Below, in pieces: positions 53,301 to 63,230 of a stretch of DNA of 64,000 nt. The stretch is taken from the NCBI GenBank assembly GCA_001775395.1, contig MEWP01000063.1, positions 2,086 through 66,085 of the forward strand, given 5' to 3'. Source of the DNA: a candidate division Zixibacteria bacterium RBG_16_53_22 (GTDB taxonomy: Bacteria; Zixibacteria; MSB-5A5; UBA10806). Position numbers and translations under genes: made by a program. Each line of letters begins with the position of its first letter. Positions within the stretch are counted from its first letter, which is position 1. Under the pieces are notes generated by a model. That model saw only the letters and a list, made by a program, of their open reading frames with translations, was not told where the DNA came from and did not search any database.

Positions 53301-54800
53301 GTGGCAAACCCACAAAACCCAGGCACCTTCGATTTCTGGATCACCGACCGGCTGGCCTTCCAAAATGCGCCGCCCCGGTCGGGTGATACAGGCACGTTCG
53401 ACAACTGGGTTACAGACAGGGTTTATTTCCAGGATTATGTCGAAGCTGCTGGCGAGGCATCCAGCAGCAGCTCGTCCAGCTCTTCGTCATCCAGCTCAAG
53501 TTCTTCCTCTAGTTCTAGTTCATCGAGTACTAGCTCGTCCAGTTCTTCATCATCCAGCTCCAGCAGCAGCTCGTCGTCCAGTTCTAGCTCATCTTCATCG
53601 AGTAGCTCAAGTACGTCGAGCAGCAGCAGTTCATCGAGTTCAAGTTCTAGCTCGTCGAGCACTAGTTCGTCTTCATCCAGTTCAAGCTCATCTTCGAGTA
53701 GTAGTAGCTCATCCAGTTCGTCGTCTTCGTCTAGCAGTAGCTCAAGCTCCTCAACGAGTTCATCTTCTAGTTCGAGCACAAGTTCCTCGTCTAGTAGTTC
53801 TAGTTCTTCATCTTCGTCCAGCAGCTCAAGTTCATCGTCGAGCTCGACTAGTAGCTCATCTTCATCGTCGAGCAGTAGTAGTTCGTCGTCGTCTAGCTCC
53901 AGTAGTTCCAGCTCATCATCTAGCAGCAGTTCAAGTTCCAGCTCGTCGTCTAGCTCTAGCTCGACAAGCTCTAGCAGCTCTTCGAGTTCAAGCAGTAGCA
54001 CTTCATCGTCGTCATCTAGCTCGACTAGTAGTTCTAGTTCGAGTTCATCCAGCAGCTCTTCGTCGAGTAGCAGCAGCTCAAGTAGCTCAAGCTCGACTAC
54101 CAGCTCATCGTCTAGCTCAAGCAGTTCCTCAAGTTCATCGTCTAGCAGTTCCAGTTCATCTTCATCCAGCAGCAGCTCGTCATCCTCAAGCTCGACCAGT
54201 AGCTCTAGCAGCACATCTGAATCATCAAGTTCGTCGAGCAGCTCAAGTTCGAGTTCATCGAGTTCGAGCAGCAGCAGTTCCAGCTCATCATCCAGCTCCA
54301 GTTCGTCGAGCAGTAGCTCTACATCGTCCAGTAGTTCCAGCTCGTCATCTAGCTCAAGCAGTAGTAGTTCTAGCAGTAGTTCATCTTCGAGTTCGTCCAT
54401 CTCAAGTAGCAGTTCGACTTCTATATCCAGCAGTTCCAGCTCGTCCAGCAGTAGCTCGTCATCGAGTAGCTCTTCAAGCTCATCTAGCAGTACATCTGTA
54501 TCGTCGTCCAGCAGCAGCTCAAGCTCAGGCAGTAGTAGCTCGTCTTCGTCCAGCTCGTCTTGGTCATCCAGTAGTTCGAGTTCATCCAGCAGTATATCCA
54601 GCGTATCCTCGTCTTCGAGCAGCAGCTCGACTTCAATTTCAAGTTCAAGCAGCTCGATTAGTATCCAATACCAGCCTGATGCACTGGACTTCAACGTGAC
54701 TATCTCACGCCTGAGTCTAGAATTCGACGTGGAGTGTGCGGATACACTGGACTTCGACGTAGAGTATACAGATACGCTGGACTTCAATGTAGAGAGGTAA
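53301..54800 (+). CDS. poly-serine (mucin-like) protein
   Basis: About 400 consecutive residues, almost all Ser with scattered Thr (53460-54656); short repeated terminal motifs; abuts both neighbouring genes. Confidence 0.8.
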   Translation: MANPQNPGTFDFWITDRLAFQNAPPRSGDTGTFDNWVTDRVYFQDYVEAAGEASSSSSSSSSSSSSSSSSSSSSSSTSSSSSSSSSSSSSSSSSSSSSSSSSSSTSSSSSSSSSSSSSSSTSSSSSSSSSSSSSSSSSSSSSSSSSSSSSSTSSSSSSSTSSSSSSSSSSSSSSSSSSSSSSTSSSSSSSSSSSSSSSSSSSSSSSSSSSSSSSSSSSSSSTSSSSSSSSSSSTSSSSSSSTSSSSSSSSSSSSSSSSSSSSSSSTTSSSSSSSSSSSSSSSSSSSSSSSSSSSSSSSTSSSSSTSESSSSSSSSSSSSSSSSSSSSSSSSSSSSSSSSSTSSSSSSSSSSSSSSSSSSSSSSSSSISSSSSTSISSSSSSSSSSSSSSSSSSSSSSTSVSSSSSSSSSGSSSSSSSSSSWSSSSSSSSSSISSVSSSSSSSSTSISSSSSSISIQYQPDALDFNVTISRLSLEFDVECADTLDFDVEYTDTLDFNVER

Positions 54801-54804
54801 TTTT

Positions 54805-55119
54805 ATGGAAGCACACCACAATGATATTGGTACGATCCTACGCCTGACGGTGCGCCGTCAGGATGGCAACGTGGAAAGCGGTCTGGGCTTGGCTACCAAT
54901 CTATACATCTACCTGACGCCGCCCAGTGGCGTAGATAAGACCAAGGCAGCCGTATTAAGCAGCAATGGATCTGACGGGAAAATGCAATACGTCACCGTGA
55001 ATGGCGATCTGGATGAGACAGGCTCCTGGCAGATCCAGGGCTACATCAAGTTCAGCAATAGCCAGATATTCAAGACCAGCGTGCGCCAGTTCAACGTGCT
55101 GGCGAATTTGGTGCCGTAG
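54805..55119 (+). CDS. BppU N-terminal-like baseplate/attachment protein
   Basis: NDIGT...DGKMQYVTVNGDLDETGSWQIQ. Confidence 0.6.
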   Translation: MEAHHNDIGTILRLTVRRQDGNVESGLGLATNLYIYLTPPSGVDKTKAAVLSSNGSDGKMQYVTVNGDLDETGSWQIQGYIKFSNSQIFKTSVRQFNVLANLVP

Positions 55120-55122
55120 TAT

Positions 55123-57561
55123 ATGCCTATCATAAAAGCAAGTATCTGCTCACTTGATAACCTGCCTATCCTGAAAGAACAGGTCGAGATTCTAAGAGAT
55201 GACCCCTTAATCAACGAGATCATAGTTGTTATAAATGGGTCTATCGATGGCAGCCGTGAGTGGATTGCAACCCAAACAGGCTTAACAGTAATCAACATGG
55301 AAGAGAACAGAGGGGCCAGTGTTGGCAGAAACACCGGCATAGATACCGCAGGCAAATTTGATTACATTCTATTGCTAGATGGCGGAATTGTTCCATTGCG
55401 TGGTAGCATTGGGTATATGCTTGACTATCTTGAAAAGCACCCTGAAGTAGATGTCATCTCACCAGAAATAGCCACATGTTTTTCTACGAATAGAGAAGAA
55501 GCCTGGAGACGCATGCCTGGCCCAATCGACGAGAGCACTTGCTTCCCACAACGCATGCTAAGTAGTACAGCCTATGCTCTATGTAGATTTAATGCATTTG
55601 ATGGCATCAGATTTACAGAAGAAGGCCCATATGGTAAATCTGGTTGGAAATGCGAAGACAACTGGATGGCTTTTGTCTGGAATGAAGCTGGCATCATCCA
55701 CCACGATTTTGGCGGCATCAAAGCATATCGCAAGCAGTCTGGTTCTTTCGCCAGGCAATACAAAGAAACTGGCGTATATCCATCGCAGTATGGGTCTGTG
55801 TATGAACAAGCCCTGGTCTTGCTCTGGCAACGCTTCCCCCACCAATGGAACCAATGGAACACCTATCGTAACCCGGTCCTCGACGTATCCTGCGTGGTGT
55901 TGGGCTGGAACGAGTATCCCATGTTTGCGCGTGCCATCAAGGCGCTGCACGACGAGCTGCACGATACGCCGCACGAGGTTATCTTTGTTGACAACGGCTC
56001 GACCGACAAAACGAAGTGGTGGCTGGACACTTTCGCCCTGCGCCAGCCCCACGGCGACACCACCATCGATGGCGAGACAGACGAGATATTGAGACGAGGT
56101 GAGCAGCTTGAATCCATCTGGACAGGCAACGTTATCCGAGTGGACTTACCAACTAATATGGGTGCCGGTTACGGTTACAACGCTGGTTTTGAACATAGTA
56201 GAGGGAAGTATGTATTCTATCTGTCGGGCGATATATTGCCCGTCCCAGGCAGTGTGCTTGGCCTCAAACGCTACCTCGACGAGCATCCCGACGTTGATTA
56301 CGTAGCCGCCAATGCCTGGTGCAGTCAGGACCAGAGTGAGCAGGTCGAGTTCTCGCCCGCGAGCTACGAGGGCCTACCTGCCATGGGTTTAGGCAATTAT
56401 GCCTTTTGCTACGCCATGATACGCAGGCGAGTGATCGACGCGGGCGTGCGCATGGGCGACCAGGGGCCATTTGCCGGACCTGGCTGCGGCTTCGAGGATG
56501 CCGAGTTCGCCAACCAGATGTATGAGAAGAGTTTCCGTGGCTTCGTCTTCAACCAGCCCGCTTACTACCACCAGCGACGCGACTTCAAGAGAAGCGGGCT
56601 TGTCCCCACCGAGGCAGATTGGGCAAGCGAGTCCAAAATCAGACTCGCACTTGACGAGCGCCGCCAGTGGCTATGGACGCGCTGGCCCAAGAGCAATTTT
56701 GCCATCCTGCACTATCACGACCAGCCGCCAGCGCGCCACATCAGGAAGGTTGCCGTCGTGTGGCAGGCAGTCGAGAACCAGCCGGGGCCAGGTGGGCACT
56801 TGCTGGCGGCTTTGCAAAGTATATGCCAGGCCGATCACTTCAACCCTGGCGACGAGCCAGAAGGCTACGATAACTACGTCTACGTAGACGATGGGCCGAG
56901 CAGCTACCTGGAGCCGCTGCGCCGACCGGCCTACTTCTGGGCCATTGACATGATCCTGCCCCACCAGACGTGGAGGCAGGCACCTGAGACCTACCTGGAA
57001 CGCGCCCGCCATTTCGATAAGACCTTTGCCGCGCAGCCATGTGCAGTGGAGTATTTCAAGGAACGCGGTATCGATGCCGAGTGGCTGCCACTGGCGGCTA
57101 ACCCGGACTATCACAAGCCTTATGATGAAACTAAGGATTATGATTGGATCGCCCTATGGCACAACACGGGCTTGCGGGTGGACTATGCCCAACTGGCGAT
57201 CTTCAACTTCCCGCGTGGCTACGTGGGCTATGCGCCAGGCGAAGCCTACAGTCAGTATCTATCACGGGCTCGCTGTGCGCTCAACCTGAGCCGGTCAGAC
57301 GAACTAAACCTGCGCGTGTTCGAGGTCATGGCAACCGGCGTGCCATTGATTACAGACCGGGCCAGGGGAGTAGATACGCTGTTCGCGGAGAACGAGCACT
57401 ACCTGGGCTTCTCCAACAGCGACGAGGTGCTGGCGCAGATAGCCTGGGTGATCGGGCACCCTGGTGAAGCCGAACTCATGGCGACCAGGGCCAGGCAATT
57501 GGTTCTGGATAAGCACACCTATTATCAGCGCACGTTACAAATATTTGGCAGGCAGGAGTAA
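55123..57561 (+). CDS. three-domain glycosyltransferase (GT2 + GT2 + CgeB-like GT-B)
   Basis: INGSIDGS and VDNGSTD GT-A motifs; two GxED-like motifs; WLPLAANP, NLRVFEVMATG, HTYYQR. Confidence 0.85.
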   Translation: MPIIKASICSLDNLPILKEQVEILRDDPLINEIIVVINGSIDGSREWIATQTGLTVINMEENRGASVGRNTGIDTAGKFDYILLLDGGIVPLRGSIGYMLDYLEKHPEVDVISPEIATCFSTNREEAWRRMPGPIDESTCFPQRMLSSTAYALCRFNAFDGIRFTEEGPYGKSGWKCEDNWMAFVWNEAGIIHHDFGGIKAYRKQSGSFARQYKETGVYPSQYGSVYEQALVLLWQRFPHQWNQWNTYRNPVLDVSCVVLGWNEYPMFARAIKALHDELHDTPHEVIFVDNGSTDKTKWWLDTFALRQPHGDTTIDGETDEILRRGEQLESIWTGNVIRVDLPTNMGAGYGYNAGFEHSRGKYVFYLSGDILPVPGSVLGLKRYLDEHPDVDYVAANAWCSQDQSEQVEFSPASYEGLPAMGLGNYAFCYAMIRRRVIDAGVRMGDQGPFAGPGCGFEDAEFANQMYEKSFRGFVFNQPAYYHQRRDFKRSGLVPTEADWASESKIRLALDERRQWLWTRWPKSNFAILHYHDQPPARHIRKVAVVWQAVENQPGPGGHLLAALQSICQADHFNPGDEPEGYDNYVYVDDGPSSYLEPLRRPAYFWAIDMILPHQTWRQAPETYLERARHFDKTFAAQPCAVEYFKERGIDAEWLPLAANPDYHKPYDETKDYDWIALWHNTGLRVDYAQLAIFNFPRGYVGYAPGEAYSQYLSRARCALNLSRSDELNLRVFEVMATGVPLITDRARGVDTLFAENEHYLGFSNSDEVLAQIAWVIGHPGEAELMATRARQLVLDKHTYYQRTLQIFGRQE

Positions 57562-60500
57562 ATGCCCCCCAGTGTAACCGCCGTATTTGACGCCAACAGC
57601 GAAGGAACCCTTGTTGCCAGCCTGACTATTTCGGGCGTGACCACCTCTGGCAGCAACCGCCAATTGTTGGTCGGGGTAGCTATCCGGTCTGATTCGTCTA
57701 CGATCAGTGGCGTGACGCGGGGAGCCGAGACTTTTACCAGCCTGGGCAATGCCGCCAGCGGCTCGCTGTTGCGGGTGTATCTATTCCGCTGTGACAGTGA
57801 GCCAGCCACGGCGGCCACGGACATAGTGTGTACCGTCAGCGGTGCAGATCGCCCGGTAGCCGCCAGCGCTGTGGCATTACAAGATGTACACCAGACCACG
57901 CCGTATGGCACTGCCGCTACTGCCGCTACTGCCAGCGACGTAGGTCTATCTGTATCGCCTGGCAGCGCCCTGGGCGACCTGATCATAGACGTGCTGACCA
58001 CCCATGCCAATGCGACTGCGCATGCCACCACTCAATCTGGACAGAATATCGAGGTCAGCAACCCGGCAGGCAGCGATGCGGCTACACGTATGGACGAGTA
58101 CCAGTCCAGCCGCGCCGGTGCAGCAGGCAATACCACCATGGGCTGGTCGTGGACTACCGCCACAGAAGGCGGCCTGGTAGGTGTGGCAGTCAAGCCATCT
58201 GAGGCATCCTCCAGCAGCAGCTCGTCCAGCTCATCTTCGACTTCGAGTAGCTCGTCTTCGTCCAGCTCGTCCTCCAGCTCGTCTACTACTTCGTCATCAT
58301 CATCGTCGCTGCCGCCCTCCGCTTACCCGGTCATCATCGACCACGAGGAAGGTGATTTCACCGATTACGACTCGACTGTAACCGACGGCGGGCGATTGCA
58401 GGTCACAGCCGCCGCTGCTATGGTCAGTCTATACGGACTGTCGGTGCCCACTGATGGCGACACGGATGCTATTTATGGACACAAGGACATGCCCACCCTG
58501 TCCACCGGGCTGGTGCGCTGCCGTTTTTACTTCGACCCTAACAGCACAGCCACCATCGGCGAGTTCTCGGATATACCCATCCTGGAGCTTAACAGTGCAG
58601 CCGGGCGGGTGGCGTCGGTCACATACCGCGTCACCAGCTCAGCAACTCGCAGTGTGCGTGCCACTATCGTGAACGACGCGGGCACGCCCAGCCTGACCGC
58701 CCTGATCACCATCACCGACGCGCAGCATTATATCGAGATCAGGCTGGAACGGGCCGCTGATTCCGGTAGCAGCGACGGGCGTGTCGATATTTGGGTAGAC
58801 GGTGCCGGGCTACAAAGCGTGACGGGCATCGACAACTACGACAGGTTCGACGACCTGGATAGCCTGCGGGCGGGCGCACTGGCGGATCAGGGTGGCGACC
58901 CGCTGAGCGGCACCCTGTACATCGACGAGATCGTGGTGTCTGACGAAGATGTCGAGATAGGGCCGGTTTATGACTGGCAGGTATCAGCCGATTCAGATGA
59001 TTGTTACGACACTGACTCGGCTGGATTCTACCTGGGTGGCTACGAAGGCTTAATTTACCTGGGGAACTCTATCTCTGGCGGGAATGACGCTGGTGGTTTC
59101 AGATTCCAGAATATAACCATACCCAATAGCTCAACCATCAATTCAGCAACATTGCAAGTCTACTCAACAGGCAGCATAGTCGGTACACCAGAAACTAAAA
59201 TCGTAGCCGAAGCTGCTGACAATCCTGGACCTTGGGCCGGTAGCACACACGAGCCCATCGGCATCAGTGAAACCACAGCCAAAGTAGATTGGGATATAGC
59301 TTCATGGACAAGTGGCTGGCGTATTTCGCCAGACATCGCAACTGTTATTCAGGAGATTGTCAATCGTGCTGGTTGGTCGAGCGGCAACGCTATATGCCTG
59401 GTAGTGCGTAACGATGGTTCCAGTAGTGAGGAGTGCGAATTATATGACTACACTGGCAATAATGCACTGACTGCCAGATTAAGTATTAGTTATACGGAGC
59501 CCAGCAGCTCGTCGTCAAGCTCATCTTCGACCAGCAGCACATCGTCCAGTACGAGTTCGTCGTCGAGTAGCAGTTCATCCAGTTCGAGTTCATCTAGCAG
59601 CTCGTCGTCGAGCAGCAGCAGCTCAAGCTCGTCGAGTTCGTCAAGTACAAGTAGCAGCTCGTCGAGCAGTTCCAGCTCGTCGTCATCCAGTTCTTCATCG
59701 TCGAGTAGTAGCAGCTCGTCCAGCTCGTCTACTACTACTTCTTCTTCGTCGTCCATACCGCCATGCGTCAGCCCGGTCTACAAAGACGATGCCAACCTGC
59801 AAGGCTTGTGGCTGTTGGAGGAGGCCAGCGGTACGCGCTATGACTACACGCCCAACAACAACGATTTAACCGACGCCGCTTCGGTGGCCCAATCTGCTGA
59901 CCATAAGGAAGGCAGCTACAGCGCCGATTTCGAGGCTGGCGACGTAGATTACCTGGAGATCGCCGACGCAGCCCAGGTCGGGCTGGACATCACGGGCAAT
60001 CTGACCATCTGCTGCTGGTTCAAGGCGGAGAGTTTCCCACAAGACAGGCAAATCCCGGTTTCCAAGATGGGTGCATCGAGTCAATTCGGTTATGGATTAT
60101 ATATTGACCGCAATATCACAGATCGCCTGTTGGTAGCTCAACTTTCCGGCGATGGCAGCAGTACCAGCTCGGCCATAGGAGCAACCAGCCTCAGTGCGGA
60201 GACGTGGCATCACGTCGCCATGGTTTACAACGGCACAGATATTCGCATCTACCTCAACGGCGTGCTGGACGAGAACGGCGCGTCAAACCCACTGAGTTAT
60301 TCGTCCGGTATTTACAATAACAATGCCGCCTTCCAGATCGGGCGTAGCGTGGGCGATGGCGACAGCTATACCTTTGACGGCCTGATCGACGAGGTGGCTG
60401 TCTTTGACCGGGCCTTGTCGGCTGACGAGATCATGTGCATCTATCTGAACGGTATCGAAGACCCGATACCCAGTAGTAGTTCATCGTCGTCTTCGAGTAG

Positions 60501-62715
60501 CAGCTCATCTTCATCGTCAAGCAGCTCGTCTACTACCAGCAGCTCGTCTTCGTCCAGCTCCAGCTCGTCCTCCAGCTCGTCGTCAAGCTCGTCTTCGACC
60601 AGCAGCACATCGTCCAGTACGAGTTCGTCGTCCAGTAGCAGCTCAAGCTCGTCGAGTTCGTCCAGTTCCAGTTCGTCCAGCAGCACGTCATCGAGTTCAA
60701 GTTCAAGCAGTAGCTCGTCGTCGTCCAGCAGTTCAAGCTCAAGCAGCAGCTCGTCGTCGAGCAGCAGCAGCTCCAGCTCTTCGTCGTCATCCAGCTCCAG
60801 TAGTTCTAGCTCATCATCCTCCAGCTCATCTACAAGTTCTTCATCTTCGAGCAGTAGCTCGTCGTCTACCAGTAGCTCATCTTCGTCCACGTCCACACAG
60901 ACCAGCTCCAGCTCGACTTCGAGTAGCTCGTCGAGCTCTACGTCCATCTCGTCGAGCTCGTCCAGCACCACATCCAGCAGCTCGTCCAGCACCAGCAGCT
61001 CGACTTCGAGCAGTAGCTCGTCCAGCTCGCAATCGTCTTCGTCCACATCCAGCTCAACTTCCAGCTCGTCGAGTAGCATATCCAGCTCGTCGTCGTCAAG
61101 CAGTACGTCCATCTCCGTGCCACCCGTGGCCCACCCGGTCCACATCGCCCGACCCATCCTGGAAATCTACGATCACGCGGGTAAGCAGTTCCGCATGCAC
61201 GACGCCACTGCCATCAAGTACAGCAACCACTACTCGGAAGAGGGCTCCGGCTACGGTTACTTAGCCTTCAACCTCAAGCGCAAGGTGGGCTACGACTACC
61301 AGGACATCGGCTTCGGCTACCGCGCCATACTGCGCAAGGGCATCAACATGGTCCTGTTCGACGGCGTGATCGTCAAGATCGACGAGACACACGGCGGCGA
61401 GGGCGACCAGATCGTGGTCGGCTGTGTGGGCTGGAATAGCTTGCTGGCCTTCGACGTGAAGAACTTCATATTGAGTGATAGCCGCCTCAACCGCTGGCTG
61501 GGCTCACAGGTGGTATCGGGCTCGTTCACGCCCGACAAATTCGACGCCAACAACTCGTGGACGGTAGACGACGTGAGCTACAGCGGGCTACAATTCAAGC
61601 CACGCCGAGGCAGCGACTATATAGAGGATGACTACACCTACTTGCGCTACACTTTCGAGTTCGGCGAGACGGTAGCCAAATTAAGCTACGACTGGGAAAC
61701 GGCCTTTCCCAACTCGTGGCCGGGCAAGTTCGAGGTGCTCGATGCGAATGGTACGGTGCTGCACTCGGAGACTGTCACCGGCTCAGGCAGCAAGACGCTT
61801 TCCATCTCCGGCGGCAATCACGTCGAAATCCGCATGTACGTGACGCAGGCAGGCGAGAGCACCGCCGAGGATAACACGGTGTACATCAGGTTGCAGAACG
61901 TGATAGTCTATTCCACCCGCGACACGGTAGACATGGCACGAGTGATGCAGGAAGCAGTCGAGCACATGAGCGACAACTTCGGCTTCTCAAGCGACACCAG
62001 CTACCTGAATGCCACAGGCTATCCATTACCACAGGCTGCCTTCGACACCGATCAAACGTTGGACGAGGTATTGAAGTGGTGTGCCCAATTCGGCGGGGCA
62101 GGCTATGCGCCGCTGGCGTGGGGCATGCAGTTGAACGATAAGAAGCGCATGTTCGTGGAATTGCAGGACCTCAGCACGGTCAAGTACGTGGTGCCGCGAG
62201 CATCGGCTACCAGCGCCAACGTGTCGGGTGACTGGGCCACCTCGGTGCAGAAGATATATGCCGTAAGTCAGAACCAGGCCGGGGATACCGTGCGCAGCAG
62301 CGTGTACAGCGATACGGGCCAAATCGAGCGGCTGGGTGGGCTGTACCGTAAAGAGGTAGTGCAGGCCGGGCAGATCACGCCCGAACAGGCCATCCAGGCC
62401 GCCCGCTACCGGCTGAGCGAGATAGGCACGCCCAAGATCACCAGCAGCTTCACCGTGTCGGGTCACGTCCAGATGCCAGGTGGGGCCAGAGTGCCCATCG
62501 ACGAGATCCAAGCGGGTGGCCTGGTCGAGATCAGGGACTTTCGGGCCAGGGAAGCCAGCCTGACACCCAACGATTTGAGAACGGGATATACAGTTATGCA
62601 ACTGGTAGGAGTGGAAATCGACCTGGAGAGCTACAGCGCCACCCTGATCCCGGCTGGGGATCGTGGGCGTTACGAGCGTTACCTGGCACGTCTCACGCAA
62701 CTGGCGAGGGGCTAA
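57562..62715 (+). CDS. multidomain tail tip protein: lectin/LamG-like domains joined by poly-Ser tracts, C-terminal Tal/hub-like domain
   Basis: Ser tracts at ~58207-58308, ~59503-59754 and ~60472-61116; LamG motif WHHVAMVYNG...FDGLIDEVAVFDRALS; hub-like C-terminus. Confidence 0.75.
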   Translation: MPPSVTAVFDANSEGTLVASLTISGVTTSGSNRQLLVGVAIRSDSSTISGVTRGAETFTSLGNAASGSLLRVYLFRCDSEPATAATDIVCTVSGADRPVAASAVALQDVHQTTPYGTAATAATASDVGLSVSPGSALGDLIIDVLTTHANATAHATTQSGQNIEVSNPAGSDAATRMDEYQSSRAGAAGNTTMGWSWTTATEGGLVGVAVKPSEASSSSSSSSSSSTSSSSSSSSSSSSSSTTSSSSSSLPPSAYPVIIDHEEGDFTDYDSTVTDGGRLQVTAAAAMVSLYGLSVPTDGDTDAIYGHKDMPTLSTGLVRCRFYFDPNSTATIGEFSDIPILELNSAAGRVASVTYRVTSSATRSVRATIVNDAGTPSLTALITITDAQHYIEIRLERAADSGSSDGRVDIWVDGAGLQSVTGIDNYDRFDDLDSLRAGALADQGGDPLSGTLYIDEIVVSDEDVEIGPVYDWQVSADSDDCYDTDSAGFYLGGYEGLIYLGNSISGGNDAGGFRFQNITIPNSSTINSATLQVYSTGSIVGTPETKIVAEAADNPGPWAGSTHEPIGISETTAKVDWDIASWTSGWRISPDIATVIQEIVNRAGWSSGNAICLVVRNDGSSSEECELYDYTGNNALTARLSISYTEPSSSSSSSSSTSSTSSSTSSSSSSSSSSSSSSSSSSSSSSSSSSSSSSSTSSSSSSSSSSSSSSSSSSSSSSSSSSSTTTSSSSSIPPCVSPVYKDDANLQGLWLLEEASGTRYDYTPNNNDLTDAASVAQSADHKEGSYSADFEAGDVDYLEIADAAQVGLDITGNLTICCWFKAESFPQDRQIPVSKMGASSQFGYGLYIDRNITDRLLVAQLSGDGSSTSSAIGATSLSAETWHHVAMVYNGTDIRIYLNGVLDENGASNPLSYSSGIYNNNAAFQIGRSVGDGDSYTFDGLIDEVAVFDRALSADEIMCIYLNGIEDPIPSSSSSSSSSSSSSSSSSSSSTTSSSSSSSSSSSSSSSSSSSSTSSTSSSTSSSSSSSSSSSSSSSSSSSSSTSSSSSSSSSSSSSSSSSSSSSSSSSSSSSSSSSSSSSSSSSSSSSSSSTSSSSSSSSSSSTSSSSSSTSTQTSSSSTSSSSSSSTSISSSSSSTTSSSSSSTSSSTSSSSSSSSQSSSSTSSSTSSSSSSISSSSSSSSTSISVPPVAHPVHIARPILEIYDHAGKQFRMHDATAIKYSNHYSEEGSGYGYLAFNLKRKVGYDYQDIGFGYRAILRKGINMVLFDGVIVKIDETHGGEGDQIVVGCVGWNSLLAFDVKNFILSDSRLNRWLGSQVVSGSFTPDKFDANNSWTVDDVSYSGLQFKPRRGSDYIEDDYTYLRYTFEFGETVAKLSYDWETAFPNSWPGKFEVLDANGTVLHSETVTGSGSKTLSISGGNHVEIRMYVTQAGESTAEDNTVYIRLQNVIVYSTRDTVDMARVMQEAVEHMSDNFGFSSDTSYLNATGYPLPQAAFDTDQTLDEVLKWCAQFGGAGYAPLAWGMQLNDKKRMFVELQDLSTVKYVVPRASATSANVSGDWATSVQKIYAVSQNQAGDTVRSSVYSDTGQIERLGGLYRKEVVQAGQITPEQAIQAARYRLSEIGTPKITSSFTVSGHVQMPGGARVPIDEIQAGGLVEIRDFRAREASLTPNDLRTGYTVMQLVGVEIDLESYSATLIPAGDRGRYERYLARLTQLARG

Positions 62716-63185
62716 TGGATAGAGAAATCAGTCGTTTGTGGAGTGCTATCGAGGATCTGAAACAGAGGATTTCAGGCGTTTGGGACCATACCTATGAGAC
62801 ATATGGCACGTGGCATAATTGGACCGCCGTTGTAACCCAGGGGGTGGCAGTCACCGTCAGTCCCATATCGTGCCGCTACAGCACTATCGGATCGACGGTG
62901 TTGTTGCAAGCTCGCCTGTACGTGAGCACGTCCGGCACAGCCGGGCAGCCCATCATCATCAGTGGCTTGCCGGGTGTTATCCAGCCTGCCAATCCGCCAT
63001 GCACTATCGGCACGGCCCAGGTGTTGCAAACTGGAGTCAAGTGGCACGAGGGCGCACTCTATGCCGAGGGGGCAGATAGCTTGAAGATCCAGTGCAATGG
63101 GGAAGTGGCCGAACTGGGTATAACACCCAATTTTGGCCTGGCGCTTTACTCACAAATTTGGTTCAACGCTTGTTACGAGCGGTAG
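62715..63185 (+). CDS. small tail tip/fibre protein
   Basis: Short coiled N-terminus; GTW...RYSTIGSTV...ISGLP fibre-head pattern. Confidence 0.6.
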   Translation: MDREISRLWSAIEDLKQRISGVWDHTYETYGTWHNWTAVVTQGVAVTVSPISCRYSTIGSTVLLQARLYVSTSGTAGQPIIISGLPGVIQPANPPCTIGTAQVLQTGVKWHEGALYAEGADSLKIQCNGEVAELGITPNFGLALYSQIWFNACYER

Positions 63186-63230
63186 CCATTTACCAGGTGG
63201 CATGATGGCTCTCCTGCTGCCTGTGAATGG

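Noticed and set aside
53460-54656. Possible CRISPR array or satellite repeat
   Set aside because: No constant repeat with unique spacers; the low complexity is explained by Ser codons
53281-54699. 472-aa Arg/Ala/Val-rich ORF overlapping the poly-Ser gene
   Set aside because: Alternative-frame by-product of the Ser codons; the Ser frame abuts both neighbours and has meaningful termini
53435-54787. 450-aa Glu/Leu/Asp-rich minus-strand ORF (also 59490..59756 and 60441..61157)
   Set aside because: Shadow of poly-Ser: in that register Ser codon pairs can only give E, D or L codons and never a stop
59505-60641. Template/variable repeat pair of a diversity-generating retroelement
   Set aside because: No reverse transcriptase in the window; both copies are coding and the two differences are synonymous
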